In this document: positions 52,700 through 64,000 of the stretch, piece by piece
Layout of the letters: the number at the start of each line of letters is the position of its first letter
Position numbering within the stretch: the stretch's first letter is position 1
Assembly: GCF_025526975.1 (NCBI RefSeq)
Contig: NW_026515689.1
Location: 186,001-250,000 of the forward strand
Origin: Fimicolochytrium jonesii
Taxonomy: Eukaryota
Reading direction: 5' to 3'
Length of the DNA: 64,000 bases
Program-made: the position numbers and the translations under genes
Notes under the pieces: model-generated
Database searches by the model: none
What the model saw: the letters and a program-made list of their open reading frames with translations, nothing else
Told to the model about the DNA's origin: nothing

Positions 52700-53576
52700 G
52701 AAAGCAACTCGGAGTGACTTGTGCTTACGCGTGCAGATCGGGGGATGCTCTCCTGGCTAAATGTACAGTATGAAGACGGACACTCACAACGTGCACAAAT
52801 CGATACGCAGGAGGTACAGTACAGTACATATACACATGCGAGCGACTCGGCGACCTGCCACACCACTGCTGCTATATATCGCTTTCATGCGATATTGTGT
52901 GCTTCGGGACTCACATCACAACAACTCCGCTGGTTTGCCACTTTCGAGCGTTCGAGGCTTTTGCATTTCACAAGAGCCTCGGAAGATCGGCATGGACTAG
53001 GCCCCTTTCATTGTGTAGAAACAAGGTCGAGGAAAGTTAGAGGGCTATTAGGGTGTGCTGTGGGAGCTTCCAAAGATTCTTTTGAACGCTTTTCCAGCGC
53101 CCACGGGTCCCCTCAGCCAACGGATGTACGCCCGGAGGACAATGGCACTCCTGCCGAGACTTAAGTTGCACAAGCTATACGCAGAAACAGTACATAGTGT
53201 TTAGCCTGGGTTCGAGACCATCGACAAGACTACCAAAAAGATAAAGAACGCGCAGATCCCTGCTGCCCCTGCCCCAGGTCCCAACCCGCACGAGAGGTTT
53301 TGAAATGGATGTAGGTTACCCAGCGCCATCAAGGAATGTGGTTCCGACCCTCAAATGACATTTGTTTTAGTCCCACAGGCCGTAACTGCAGGGGACTCAA
53401 GGCTACCTAGTGAGTGAGTTCGATGCCACAGATGCGCCAGGAGAAGCGATAAGGAATCCGCTGTTTCTTTGACCGCGACAGTGCTCAAATTCGACCGTTA
53501 TATTTTTCATATAAGAAATAAGAGAATTTTGTTAATATGCCATGGTTTCGCCGAGCATGCCACGGTTCCAAAATAA

Positions 53577-53762
53577 ATGACAGAATGCCACTCTTCTGCG
53601 CCGCAGCTTCCTCCTGCATTGAAGAGGCCGCGTAGGCCGAAAACCAGGCGTGTGGAGAGTGGAAGTCAGGCAAGCCAGGCAAAGGCATTGGCGGGCACAG
53701 GTAGCTCCCAGAACCTCTGTTCAACCTGCGGACAAGCTGGTCATAACCGTAGAACCTGCTGA
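53577..53762 (+). mobile_element. Mutator (MULE)-like transposase C-terminal remnant
   Basis: 'LPPALKRPRRPKTRRVES...CSTCGQAGHNRRTC*' fits the PP..GRPK..R plus CxxCxxxGHNxRTC tail typical of MULE transposases. No DDE domain or TIRs were seen. Confidence 0.55.
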
Positions 53763-54148
53763 GAAGCACATTCCTGATATGTTCTGTTCACTTGTAAGCT
53801 TCCCACTTTCATATTGGTGGTATGATGAACCTTCCTGATCTCAATTTGCCTGCATTCTCCTGGTTTCGGAGCATCCTCCTCTATGTACCGCTTTTGCATC
53901 CTACCGTGGGAACCCAAAGAAACCCTTCAAAGTTGGGGTAGTCGGTGGGTGCGGGACCCGCGGACATTGACGGCTGGCTGTTCCGCACATATCTTATACG
54001 TATTTCAAGGTCTGTAGAACTGTGTAATTGGGATATGTATCATGCAGAGCGTAACAGAAAGATGGCATGAGAAGCGATCGGAAAGGAACAAATGTACACA
54101 TGGAATGGATGGGATATCAAACCACGATGAAACGAGGTGCCCAGTGCT

Positions 54149-56322
54149 CTAGAGCAGCATGGTTAACGGGTTCTCCAGGTAGCTCTTGAAAACACCCAAC
54201 CATTTGGCGCCAACGGCGCCGTCGACGACACGGTGATCACAGCTGAGCGTCACGTTCATGACCTTAGAGGTCCTGAAACCCTTCTCGGTGGTGTCATCAA
54301 GAACCAGTTTGTCCTGGGCACCGCCGACGGCCAGGATAGCGGCATGTGGTGGGTTGATGATCGCGGTGAAGTGCGAGATGCCGTACATGCCCAGGTTGGA
54401 GATGGTGAATGTTCCGCCCTGGTATTCGTTGGGCTGCAGTTTGTTGGCGCGTGCCTTCTCGGCCAGGGCCTTCACCTTTGCGGAAATGTGGGATAGCCCG
54501 ACGCCCTCGGCTCTGTGGACAATAGGCGTGATCAAACCGGTTTCTGAGAAGTAAATCAAACGTGAGCATCCCTGCAAGAACCGCTATGATCTCGAACAGG
54601 AGTTTGATGAGAATGCGTACCAGTAGCAACGGCAACAGCAATGTCGGCGTTGGTGAATCTAAGGAATTGCCCGATCAGCTCATGTCGAAAATATACCGAA
54701 TAGCATTGCAACATGGTGCTTCAGTCCACTCACTGTCGGATAGATGTTCCTTGCCACGAGCTGTTAACTTCTGGGACAGCCTTCAACGCCAAGGCAGAAG
54801 CCTTGATGACAAAGTCATTCACGGAAAGCTTGTACTTTCCGTTGGCCTGGCTGTTCAACAGCTCACGAAGCCTTGATTGTGTGCAAAAGGGTTGAGTTCA
54901 TCCGTCCACTGGCCGTCACGGAACTGCTGATTAAGTCTCACCTCAGAATCTTGTCCACGTTGATTTCTTGTGTCAGGTAGTAGTGGGGGATTTGTTGCTT
55001 CGATTCCTGGAGGCGAGAGGCGATGACCTATGCGAACCATCTGGTGAGCTACCGTTTCTCTACAAAGGCTGGGCGAGACGATACCCACCTTGCGAACGTT
55101 CGAGAGAGGGATGTCAACGTAGCTGGCCCCGGGAGCAGGAGCAGCAGGGGCGGACGTAGGCGATGCCGCACCAGGCTTCGTTGCAGCGGAAGCTATATCA
55201 GGATCAAATCGGTCAGTACCCATCTTTCCAAACCGTCATGCGCATTCTCAAAACCGCATGCTCACGTTTGAAGTTCAGCACGTCATCCTTGACGATGCGT
55301 CCGTTAGGTCCGGTTCCCTGGATGCTGCCAAGATCTATCCCCTTCTCGGCTGCCAGTTGTTTTGCGAGTGGACTGGCGAAGATACGATCTGGACACAGAG
55401 TCAATTGACGTGTTTTGACATTCACAAGGCATCTCGATGGGTACATACCACCAGAGCTGGCAGGTTTCGAACTTGGAGCAGTCGCGGGAGCGCTCTCCTC
55501 CTTCGTTTCCCTCTTCACCTCCTTCTGCTCGTCCTTGGCCTCCTTCTTTGGCGGGCTTTCCACCTTCTTTGGCTCCCCTGGGGCATCAGAGCTCTCCTCA
55601 AGCTTGTACTCAGTAAACTTGCCAACATCGTCCTTGTTCTCCACAAGGATAGCGATCGGCTATCAATTCCAAGGACCTGAAGCGTGAGTTCCTTCGCTTC
55701 CGCAACATATATGATAACAGAGCCACTCCTGACCTTGTTCACATCGACATCCTTTGTGCCAGCATCGATGAAGATCTTTGCGAGGAAACCCTCGTCTTGA
55801 CATTCAAAGTCCATGGTGGCCTTGTCGGTCTCGACCTCCACGAGAACATCCCCAGGCTGAATCTCGTCCCCAATCTTCTTGTGCCACTGTCCCAGGTTTC
55901 CAGCAGTCATAGTGGGTGAAAGTGCAGGCATGTTCAGAATCGTATGAGGTGGGTATGCTAAATACATCACAGTTAGCATTGCAGACCACAGAAAGTACCA
56001 TCTACATACACTTACAGTCAGATGCATAGCCTCGGCGGGCATTGCTGAAGTGCAGCTCGGAGGTAACAGCCCTTCGTAGACGACGGGAAGTGGCCACGCT
56101 AAACCAGGAGACGAGCAAGTGAGCACTTCTGTCGCAGGAAAGTAATACCGAAATGCCTGAAAGCACTTACGTTGCAATGCTGTATGCTCTGCCATTTGGC
56201 GTAGGCACCCGCGAGCTGGAGCGAAGAACAGCGGTAGCACATCTTGTTGCGCTCCTCAAGCTGAGCAGGGGCTTTGCGCCGGCCGCTGACCGACACACAG
56301 CACGGCTTATGATAGGTTGCAT
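54149..56322 (-). CDS. LAT1: Pyruvate dehydrogenase E2, dihydrolipoamide acetyltransferase, mitochondrial
   Basis: Presequence [15 protein letters not shown]..., lipoyl domain '[11 protein letters not shown]...[10 protein letters not shown]', PSBD '[10 protein letters not shown]...GTGPNGRI' and catalytic '[11 protein letters not shown]'. Many introns. Confidence 0.96.
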
Positions 56323-57375
56323 GTTGTCTCAATACCGGTCTGTCGACTCGCGATGGGTGTGGGAAGCGATGTCGTTGCAAGGAGACCGAAGGCAGATTTA
56401 TCGCCGACCAGCTAAAGAAAAGCTTCAAAGGTTTGGCCTCGCATTTTAAGGCGCGTCGATCACAATCACATCGATCACATCATCGATTACGCTTGCAAAC
56501 GTTCAACATGGTAGCGTTCTTCCCACCGTCACCATGCAGACGACTACTGTATATCAAACCGGTGAGGGAATACAGCCTATACAGGGACGATTAGATCAGA
56601 CCCTAGAGTAGCAGCAAAAACGCCGAACCCGCAATCGCTCCCTTCGTGGAAGTGCTGAGGGAGTAAGCGATCCTGGGCACCAGTATCTCCAGTGTTCAAG
56701 TCGCCGAACATATGGGCGACCGCCGACATTGAGATTGATATATATCCGTCGCATACAACGAAAGGACGAAGGATCGCTCTTCGTTGCGAACAACTGGCAC
56801 CTCGCGAAGGTGGCGATCTTTTGGCCAGTAATTTAAGATTTAAGATGGTCAAGCTCGCAAAGGAGAGGCCACCCGAAATTTCGATCGCTCTGGAGCCACG
56901 AACGAGAGGTCACACTAGGCAATCAAGCAAGCCCCACTCTCGTTACGACCCCTACCAACATGCATAGTGGTATGGGTACACCGCAATGTCCATAGTGAGT
57001 ACTGATAGTCACGGAATACTGCCCGATTGTTGGTCTTGCCGGAATCGAGGGAGAAGTTGGGAGAAAAGTTGCGAGAGGTCCGGGCATTCATCATACATGG
57101 AGCCCTGCAGCCGTTTGGGCGCGTTTTTGGCAGCACTCACACTTGCCCTCATCAGCTTGCCAAATGCCCTCCCTAACCTGTCCGATCGTCGATTGTATAA
57201 GTATCCAAACCGGGCTGTATGAGGGACGGGAAACTTGAAAGGGTACGAAGAAGCTGCACGCGGAGATGTGTTGAATGATTACATAAGCGCGAATTCTTTC
57301 CCACCGACCTTTTCTCGTCAAAGTCCCGTTGCGAGTTCGACCACTTCTTTCATTCACCAGGACGCTCCAGAAACA

Positions 57376-58630
57376 ATGCCACCAAAACGCAAAGCACCCC
57401 AACGTTCAAATCCCCGAGACTTCTCCTCCAAGAAGCGGCGGATAAAGCCCAAACACACCCAGGACGACTATGTCTCCCCCAACGAAGACGAGGAAGAAGT
57501 GGCCGACCTCCTAGAAGTTAACGACGCGGAATTGTCCAGCGACGACGAGGCTGGTGGGGTTGTTATTGAGGGACTGGAGGCCCTTGACGACGGAGGGGAG
57601 GGGGAGGAGAGCGAGGATGATGAGGGGGCTGACGGAGGGGATTTTGGGTTAGGGCATTTGGATGACGGGGAGGAAGAGCCGGTGGTGGAATCGGAGGAGG
57701 AGGAGGAGCAGGGCAATGTCAAGTCGAAATCGTCGAAAATGGCTAATGCCATTGGAAAGATTCTGGCGGCGGATTTGGGTGGAAAAGATGCACAGGTAGG
57801 GTTTCCTCTTTGCGGTGTGACATGAAGGAGGTTTCTCCTTGGTCTTGCAAAGCCGAGCGGTGGAGCGGTGAAAGAGTGCCGACGCTCACCCCGGTATACT
57901 TCCTTTTTTCCCTTCCTTAGCGCCCAATTCTAGCCAAACAAAAACATATCGAACGCCAAATCGATAATGACAAACTAGAAGCAAAAGCCCGCAAAATCAT
58001 CTCCGCCGAGCGAAAACAGAAAGCCGATGTGGGACACGTTACGCTTGACCATTCGACGACCGATTATGAGAAGCGGTTGAAGAAGGTGGCGACGAGGGGA
58101 GGTGCGTGGTGTGGTTTCGATCTAGGGTGTGGGAAAATGGGGAGCAGTGGGTCTGACGTTTTCGATGCGCTCATTGATATAGTCGTGAAGCTTTTCAACG
58201 CTATCCGGGTTGCACAAAAAACCGCTGAGGAGACGAAGCTGGAAGGAATCCAGAAGAACAAAGACGCTGGTTAGTGGATGGTTTTGGCGTACTTAGGTTG
58301 CGTTGGAGTGTGTTTGGAGAACCGCCGTTGATCGTGACTTGGGCTTTGCAGCACCGGTAATCACAAAAAATACGTTCATGGATATGCTGAAGGCGCAGGA
58401 GAAGCCAGCGGCAGGGAAGGGCGCGGAAACAAAAGCTGAGGAGCAGAAGGTAGTTCTCCGCCCTTGCGTCAACAAATAGTGGGAAGTAGATGCTTACCGT
58501 GCTGTCCTCACAGAAAACCGCCGCGGTGACCGATGCAGGTCCATCATGGATTAAGCAGGACTTCATGATGAAGGCCCCGAAGCATTGGGACGAAGAAGAT
58601 GAAGACGAGGGCGACGGCGACGTAGTATAG
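57376..58630 (+). CDS. RRP15: Pre-60S biogenesis factor Rrp15
   Basis: Acidic N-terminus, 'MANAIGKIL', 'KLEAKARKII' and 'EKRLKKVATRG|VVKLFNAIRVAQK'. Ends '...KHWDEEDEDEGDGDVV*'. Confidence 0.88.
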
Positions 58631-58831
58631 AATTGTTTTTTTTTGGCTGGAAATTTCCTTTTATCTATTCTCCCCATTCCCACAATTCATTCACACGATA
58701 TACAACTTCCAAAGGGGTTTCAACCACACTTGACGGAGGTAGCTTTCACAATATAGCACAATATAGCCTATAGTTCGGCCTCGATTAAAGTTCATATATA
58801 TATGGCCCATGAAGGGTCGGCTCTCCGCTGA

Positions 58832-59941
58832 CTATCCATTCAAGCCTTGGTTGCCGAGTCGCGGAGTCGCACCGTCCGGCGGAGAAGTAGATGTGAGCTT
58901 GGATGGAGCCTGCGCGATCCAGTCTGGTCGGCCCGGTGCGATGCCATGCTGCCACTCTAACAGTCTGTACAGGACCGCTTCGTAGCAGAAAGCGAACTGC
59001 TCGATCATCTGGACCGCGGCGATGCGGGATTCTCGTAGCTTCTCGACCGTCTTCCTGATGATATCTTCGTCGATATCCGAAGGGGATTTGGTCTTCTCCA
59101 GCAGTCGCAGAACACCGTCGATGGCGCAGAATGTGCCGGTTCGTCCACACCCCGCGCTGCAGTGGATAACGACCGGTCCTGTTGCCCCAGCGCTTGCGCC
59201 TTGCTTCTGAAGTTCGCGGGACAGGTCGATAACGGAGAGGACGCTTGCGGGATTGCTTGCGCTGTGATCCGGCCAAGCCGTAAAGTGAAGCTGCCACAGC
59301 TCTCGAGACTTGCCTCCCGATGAGATCGTTAACCTCCGAAGAATGACTTCGCCGTTGGAGTGTGATTCTTCGCTCTCCATTTTGATCAGGATCTCACCGA
59401 GGTTGGCGCAAGTCAAAGTTCCTCCAACAGATTCAGGAACGTATCTGCTACACTTCACCCTTCCCCGCTCTTCTTCCTTTGTCAGCATCACAATCAGACT
59501 GCTGTTTTGCTCCCAGACCATCTGCCAAAAGTCGCCGATTGTCTCAGGAAGCGGCCCTTGAGAGAAGATGCAGGGGATCGTTCCTGGCAGTCCGTGTACG
59601 TGGCTAGCATTTATATAGTCGGACTCTTCGGGTTCTAAAGGCGTCATCAGGACGACCCGGGTGCTATCGTAGGGAACAATATCTGAGTAGCGATTGCGGG
59701 ACTCATTTCCGGGTCCCCATGCCGCCGAAAACTCGAAAGCGCCGCCTTCATCCTCCGCGTCGTAGGCCTCTTGTATTCGTGCGGCTTCTACTTCCTGAAT
59801 GTTTCTGTAGGAGCTTCGCAGATATTCACTTATGCCGGGGCCTAAGTCCACAACACCCCGCAGCCACGTAGGCATGTTGGACCCGAGAATGAGTTTCCCA
59901 ACGGAAATAATGCCCTCCCCGAGGTGGTTTCCAGCGGTCAT
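58832..59941 (-). CDS. Classical protein tyrosine phosphatase
   Basis: 'NRYSDIVPYD..RV', 'DYINAS', 'QGPLPETIGDFWQMVWEQ', 'WPD', 'HCSAGCGRTG' and Q-loop 'VQMIEQF'. First ATG is at 59941, but the frame is open to about 60214. Confidence 0.92.
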   Translation of the reverse strand: MTAGNHLGEGIISVGKLILGSNMPTWLRGVVDLGPGISEYLRSSYRNIQEVEAARIQEAYDAEDEGGAFEFSAAWGPGNESRNRYSDIVPYDSTRVVLMTPLEPEESDYINASHVHGLPGTIPCIFSQGPLPETIGDFWQMVWEQNSSLIVMLTKEEERGRVKCSRYVPESVGGTLTCANLGEILIKMESEESHSNGEVILRRLTISSGGKSRELWQLHFTAWPDHSASNPASVLSVIDLSRELQKQGASAGATGPVVIHCSAGCGRTGTFCAIDGVLRLLEKTKSPSDIDEDIIRKTVEKLRESRIAAVQMIEQFAFCYEAVLYRLLEWQHGIAPGRPDWIAQAPSKLTSTSPPDGATPRLGNQGLNG

Positions 59942-60537
59942 TCTATTCGTGGGATATATGCTCGGAGCGCGAGAGAAACCGGTAGATATCAAGCGGAGGT
60001 GCTTGTGTGCGGACCGAAGTCGAGTTTCAAGTAGACGCTGAGTTTGAGCTTGAGTTGCAAATGCTGCAAACTCACTAGTTGCGAAAGTGGAGCAGCCGCG
60101 ACGCAATGCTTCTTTTGCAGTGGAAAGATAATGACCTGCCCGTGGGAAAATGTGGCCCCGGATCTTATGACTTCGCACGTTCGACAAAACGGCTCTCCTT
60201 CCAGGCAAGTAGGTCTAAGCGTTTTGACCGGAGGTGCAGATCGGGGCGTTGAGAGTATGCACACGAAGCTGGTGGAAGACAACGAAAGACGCGAAGGGTC
60301 CAATCATGTCCAGGATCATGTCTGCCTCTGTCATAGCTGTCTGTCATGTCCGAAGGGCGGCTTCGCGACGGTTTCCAACTCGGCCACTGCATTCCATCCT
60401 TCCATCGGGAAACAGCGACAGCAGCGAGTCCTTCACCCTCCCACAGATACCAGGCGAACGCTTGGTGAGTACAGCATTTCACTCTCTAGAGATCGATTTG
60501 CGCTCACTGTCCCTTGACCCCGACAGAGTTTGCGAGG

Positions 60538-61437
60538 ATGACAACAATACAAACAGAGGACCAAGTGCGGCAGGACAAAGGCGTTTCCCTCATGGGCACC
60601 TATCTACTACAGGGCTGGGTCATGACAGACAGCCCTTGTCCCTCCTCTGGATGCAACCTGCCCGTGATGCGAACAAGAGACCGCACTCGCAGTCTCTGTG
60701 TGCTATGCAATGATCCCAAAGACCCTTATCCCCCCGCCTCCGTGGATGTCGCACCCACGGCACCAGTAGTGATTGGACAACTGAACGCTGGTGAACTCTC
60801 CGGGCCAGCTCACCACTTTGAGGTGACCCCTGAGGAGGACGCAGAACTGGAGGCTTTCCTCAAGACTGAGAAAGACGCTGAAATTTCAAGCCACGCGCCG
60901 ACTACCGCTCGCAGCGAACGAGCGCAGAGATCGGACCGTGCAAGCAAGTTGCTTGGTGAAAAGCTGCTGGCCGGGTGGAGCTTACTCGACGTTGTGTGCG
61001 ACGATTGCGGCGGCGTCCCGCTGATGAGGAATCACCAGAAGAAGAACGTCTGCGTAGGTTGCGGTGCTGGTTCTGGAATCCCGACAACCACTACGCTGCC
61101 CTCCGCGAACGTGTCAACCTCGGTTCCTTCCAAAGTAGCCCCATCCCCTACTCATATCGAGAAGACCCCACGTTTGGACGACGCGATCCAGCGGGATCTA
61201 CCCGAAAGCAAGCGACGCAAGACGGACTCTGCCTCACCATCTGCACGATGCGACTATGAACACATATCTATCCAACTGGCCAAGACATTGACAACCATAC
61301 GGAAGCGCATGGAGGATTTTAGACAGTCCATAGAGAGCAGTGAGGATGTTGAAGGCATTAGAGCTCTGTGCGAAGGTATCGAGAGCTGCGCGAAAGCTAT
61401 CAGTGCTCTGGAGAGTGCTAGAAAGGCAACGAACTGA
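60538..61437 (+). CDS. Protein with two SSSCA1/Auto_anti-p27 zinc-ribbon domains (ZNRD2-like)
   Basis: 'SLMGTYLLQGWVMTDSPCP..GCNLPVMR...CVLC' and 'SKLLGEKLLAGWSLLDVVCDDCGGVPLMR...CVGC', followed by a C-terminal helical segment 'IRALCEGIESCAKAI'. Confidence 0.85.
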   Translation: MTTIQTEDQVRQDKGVSLMGTYLLQGWVMTDSPCPSSGCNLPVMRTRDRTRSLCVLCNDPKDPYPPASVDVAPTAPVVIGQLNAGELSGPAHHFEVTPEEDAELEAFLKTEKDAEISSHAPTTARSERAQRSDRASKLLGEKLLAGWSLLDVVCDDCGGVPLMRNHQKKNVCVGCGAGSGIPTTTTLPSANVSTSVPSKVAPSPTHIEKTPRLDDAIQRDLPESKRRKTDSASPSARCDYEHISIQLAKTLTTIRKRMEDFRQSIESSEDVEGIRALCEGIESCAKAISALESARKATN

Positions 61438-61777
61438 GATTGGCAAAGTCAGGACCTACCTGGTCCATCTAATTTGAATACGTACATACATTGAACGATC
61501 AGACCCGCTGCTTTTATCAGCTGCTCTCGTCGATTCACCTCTCCGGGAGGCGGTCGATTATTATGACTATCACGTGACGCCATGTGGACGCGCACTCACT
61601 AGATGTGTGTTATTGCGAGGAGACAAGCAACACTCACTACCCGAGCACCGATCAGCGACCGATTATCCCCGCCGAACTCTGTACTTCGCAGCCAGCCTCC
61701 CATCTTACGTTCCCACCGCAAAACCGATACGCAGAGTCCCCTCCGTTCTGTTGGATTGAAGATAAATCTGTCCCAAA

Positions 61778-62352
61778 ATGAAACTCGTCAGGTAAGGACC
61801 ACCTCAATCACACAGACGCTGGCTCGCTTATGAGAATCACGCCGGCACCAACGGCTGTGGACTGTGCGGCCACCTGGACCTCGGCGCGACAATGCTATGC
61901 GGCTTGCAGAGGGGAACTTTCTTGATGGAAACTGTGACGCTTGAGGCAAAGTATGGAATCTGACGGTGATCTCCGTGTTCTTCCTTCGTGACTTCCCCAG
62001 ATTCCTTATGAAGTGCAACAATGAGACGGTAACCATCGAGCTGAAAAACGGCACCATCGTCCACGGCACGATAACAGGGGTAGACATGCAGATGAACACG
62101 CATCTGAAGACAGTCAAAATGACCGTCCGGAACAAAGACCCAGTCAACCTCGAAACGCTCTCGATTCGTGGAAACAACATCAGATATTTCATTCTGCCCG
62201 ATTCGCTGCCACTCGACACCCTGCTGGTCGACGACTCGGTGAAAAGCAAAGGACCGAAGAAGGAAGGAAAGCCGGCTGGAGGACGCGGACGTGGGACTCG
62301 AGGACGGGGCGGAAGAGGTGGACGGGGTGGAAGGGGACGAGGAAGGGGTTAA
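61778..62352 (+). CDS. SMD1: Spliceosomal Sm protein D1
   Basis: Exons 61778-61791 and 62001-62352 give [23 protein letters not shown]...[21 protein letters not shown] plus an RG tail. Confidence 0.97.
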
Positions 62353-62852
62353 GCGGTTCTTGGGATACCCGGGGAAGTGTCCGAAGGCGGTAATGTTTCC
62401 CCAGGGTCTTTTAGTTGTAGGAGAGAACTGTCCGTCCGCGAATCATGCGTCTTCTGGAGAGGGCATATGACAACCGTATGCCATTGGCCCAGCTTAACCC
62501 TTTCTTTGGCGGCCGCTATGCCGCAGGAAAGCTGGAGTTCCATATCCTGCGAAGAGCATCCTTGGTTCCGCCTCTTGTGCATGTAGCTCACATTCTAGGT
62601 GCAGGATAGCGTCTTTCTCCTCTTGTATATTGTTTATATATTCTCCCTGAGCGTTGATTCGGATGTTCAACACTGTGCGTACCATGGCATACTCGGAACT
62701 CCCAGTCAAGCATGATTTGCTTTTGCAGAAGCTTTTGAGAGTTTTCCGACTGAGGATTTACTCCTTTGTCCGTCCAGCTGGGTCGATTTTTTCCTACAAC
62801 TAATTACGGGCTAATTCTGCAACTATTCTACGAAGTCGAATGGTATGAAAAT

Positions 62853-64000
62853 CTATGCACTGCTATCCGAGATTCTAATCCCAAACTCTTTCCGCAATGC
62901 CCGTCGCACATAATTCTTGATCTTGATCGCATCTACCTCACTCTCCCCGCCATGTCCACCTTCCCCACGCAATTTCGACCGTCCCGCGAGCCTGGAGATG
63001 CAATCAAGGTCGATGATCTGCTCCAACACCACGTCCAACTCCTCGTCACGATGCAGCTTGGTGCGAAGCATCGCGTCAAGGAACGTCTTTCGCACGCTCA
63101 AGACCGCGGCTTTTCCATCGGCAACCCAATCCAATCTGTGCACGTCTCTTCTCCGAGGCCGGGTGTTGGGTGTGATCATATACTGCCAAGATGTGTTGGG
63201 CTGCTCAATCTCGATGATCCGCGGAACATAGCGACCTTGCTTCCTAGCCAACTTCGCGATATCCACCAAATGACCGATGGTGGAACTTTTCTTCATCTGG
63301 GCCCACGTCTGTGCATCGAATGTCCGTCGCCACACATGAAACCTGTTAAGCGTGTGTTCCGCAGCTTCGAATGCCGCCGGGTTGGTGAGGTCGGAGATGT
63401 GGTAGTAGCGACTGCGGGGGCCGAAGCGGGTCCAGACGGCGCTCCAGACTTGGTAAAGAACTGTGAAGATGCGGTACTGGGTAAAGATGCGGAGGGTTTC
63501 GGCTGGAATGCTTTGGGACTTTTTGGCAGTCCTGGACGCCGCGATCACTGGCGTTGGTTTCGAGACTTCGGCTGTCTGAGTCTCTTCTGCGCCAGCAAGC
63601 GGCAGGGGAGGCTCTTCCATCGGTAGCCTCTCTGAAGTTCCCGTCGCCTTTTGGGGTTCACTTGCCGACTGCATCTTTTTTAGAGCTACTTGGAGGGCTT
63701 CCACCTCCAACAGAGCGCTATCGAGTTGCGCAGAGAGAATCTTGTTGTACTTTACATATCTAGCGGGTATCGTCCTTATAACGTGCAGCATTGCTTCTAT
63801 TCCCATCGTCAGCTCATCGAGAGACTTCTCGACAGTCGGTGTCGGCGTAGTGTAAATTTTCAGGGCAGCGGGGTTCGGTTGTTCATCCGGTTGTTTCCTC
63901 GACCTGGGTTCAACATCCTCTTTCTTCTTCGGTGCTTTCCACGAGTCCTGTTTATCTTCCCATTGTACTCCGTCTACACAGTCCAGTTCATACAGGCCCG
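62853..64000 (-). CDS. Hypothetical protein, partial (frame open to the window edge)
   Basis: About 380 uninterrupted codons from 64000 to 62853 with protein-like composition. No domain recognised. A further 3' exon near 62500-62790 is possible. Confidence 0.55.
   Translation of the reverse strand, partial: GLYELDCVDGVQWEDKQDSWKAPKKKEDVEPRSRKQPDEQPNPAALKIYTTPTPTVEKSLDELTMGIEAMLHVIRTIPARYVKYNKILSAQLDSALLEVEALQVALKKMQSASEPQKATGTSERLPMEEPPLPLAGAEETQTAEVSKPTPVIAASRTAKKSQSIPAETLRIFTQYRIFTVLYQVWSAVWTRFGPRSRYYHISDLTNPAAFEAAEHTLNRFHVWRRTFDAQTWAQMKKSSTIGHLVDIAKLARKQGRYVPRIIEIEQPNTSWQYMITPNTRPRRRDVHRLDWVADGKAAVLSVRKTFLDAMLRTKLHRDEELDVVLEQIIDLDCISRLAGRSKLRGEGGHGGESEVDAIKIKNYVRRALRKEFGIRISDSSA

Noticed and set aside
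56692..56967. 91-aa ORF ending in RYDPY between LAT1 and RRP15
   Set aside because: GTG start, no recognisable domain and no splice support.
62766..63626. 286-aa plus-strand ORF and similar long antisense ORFs elsewhere (e.g. 30455-31156, 43348-44064)
   Set aside because: These are shadow frames of opposite-strand genes in GC-rich coding DNA.

Overview
Gene-dense, intron-rich eukaryotic DNA with short GT-AG introns and CTAAC-like branch points. It is most consistent with an early-diverging, probably zoosporic (chytrid-like) fungus; this taxonomic call is an inference. About 22 protein-coding genes are present, in order: Scc3/STAG cohesin (5' truncated), RPL23, cytoplasmic dynein heavy chain, an RNF32-like RING-IQ-RING protein, ATG10, a minimal bacterial/viral-type ATP-dependent DNA ligase, a PIG-Y-domain protein, a six-repeat Myb protein, dynein light chain LC8, a P5B ATPase, an RRM plus two-zinc-knuckle SR protein, RRP43, ALG5, an LMBR1-family protein, arginine-specific CPSase small subunit (CPA1/arg-2), a PAS hybrid histidine kinase, PDH E2 (LAT1), RRP15, a tyrosine phosphatase, a double SSSCA1-domain protein, SmD1 and a partial hypothetical gene. 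The main finding is absent from the ORF track: an intron-split 25-codon uORF in the CPA1 leader (MYSHSAEKVSSDYISDQVYKTAEYQ). It looks like a divergent arginine attenuator peptide with Tyr in place of the critical Trp19. Also notable are a Myb-repeat protein and a DNA ligase that both carry presequence-like N-termini, a decayed RRM gene inside an RRP43 intron, a histidine kinase whose phosphoacceptor His lies on a 12-nt microexon, and transposase-tail-like zinc-knuckle remnants. No tRNA, rRNA or CRISPR array was recognised. All exon boundaries were read by eye.
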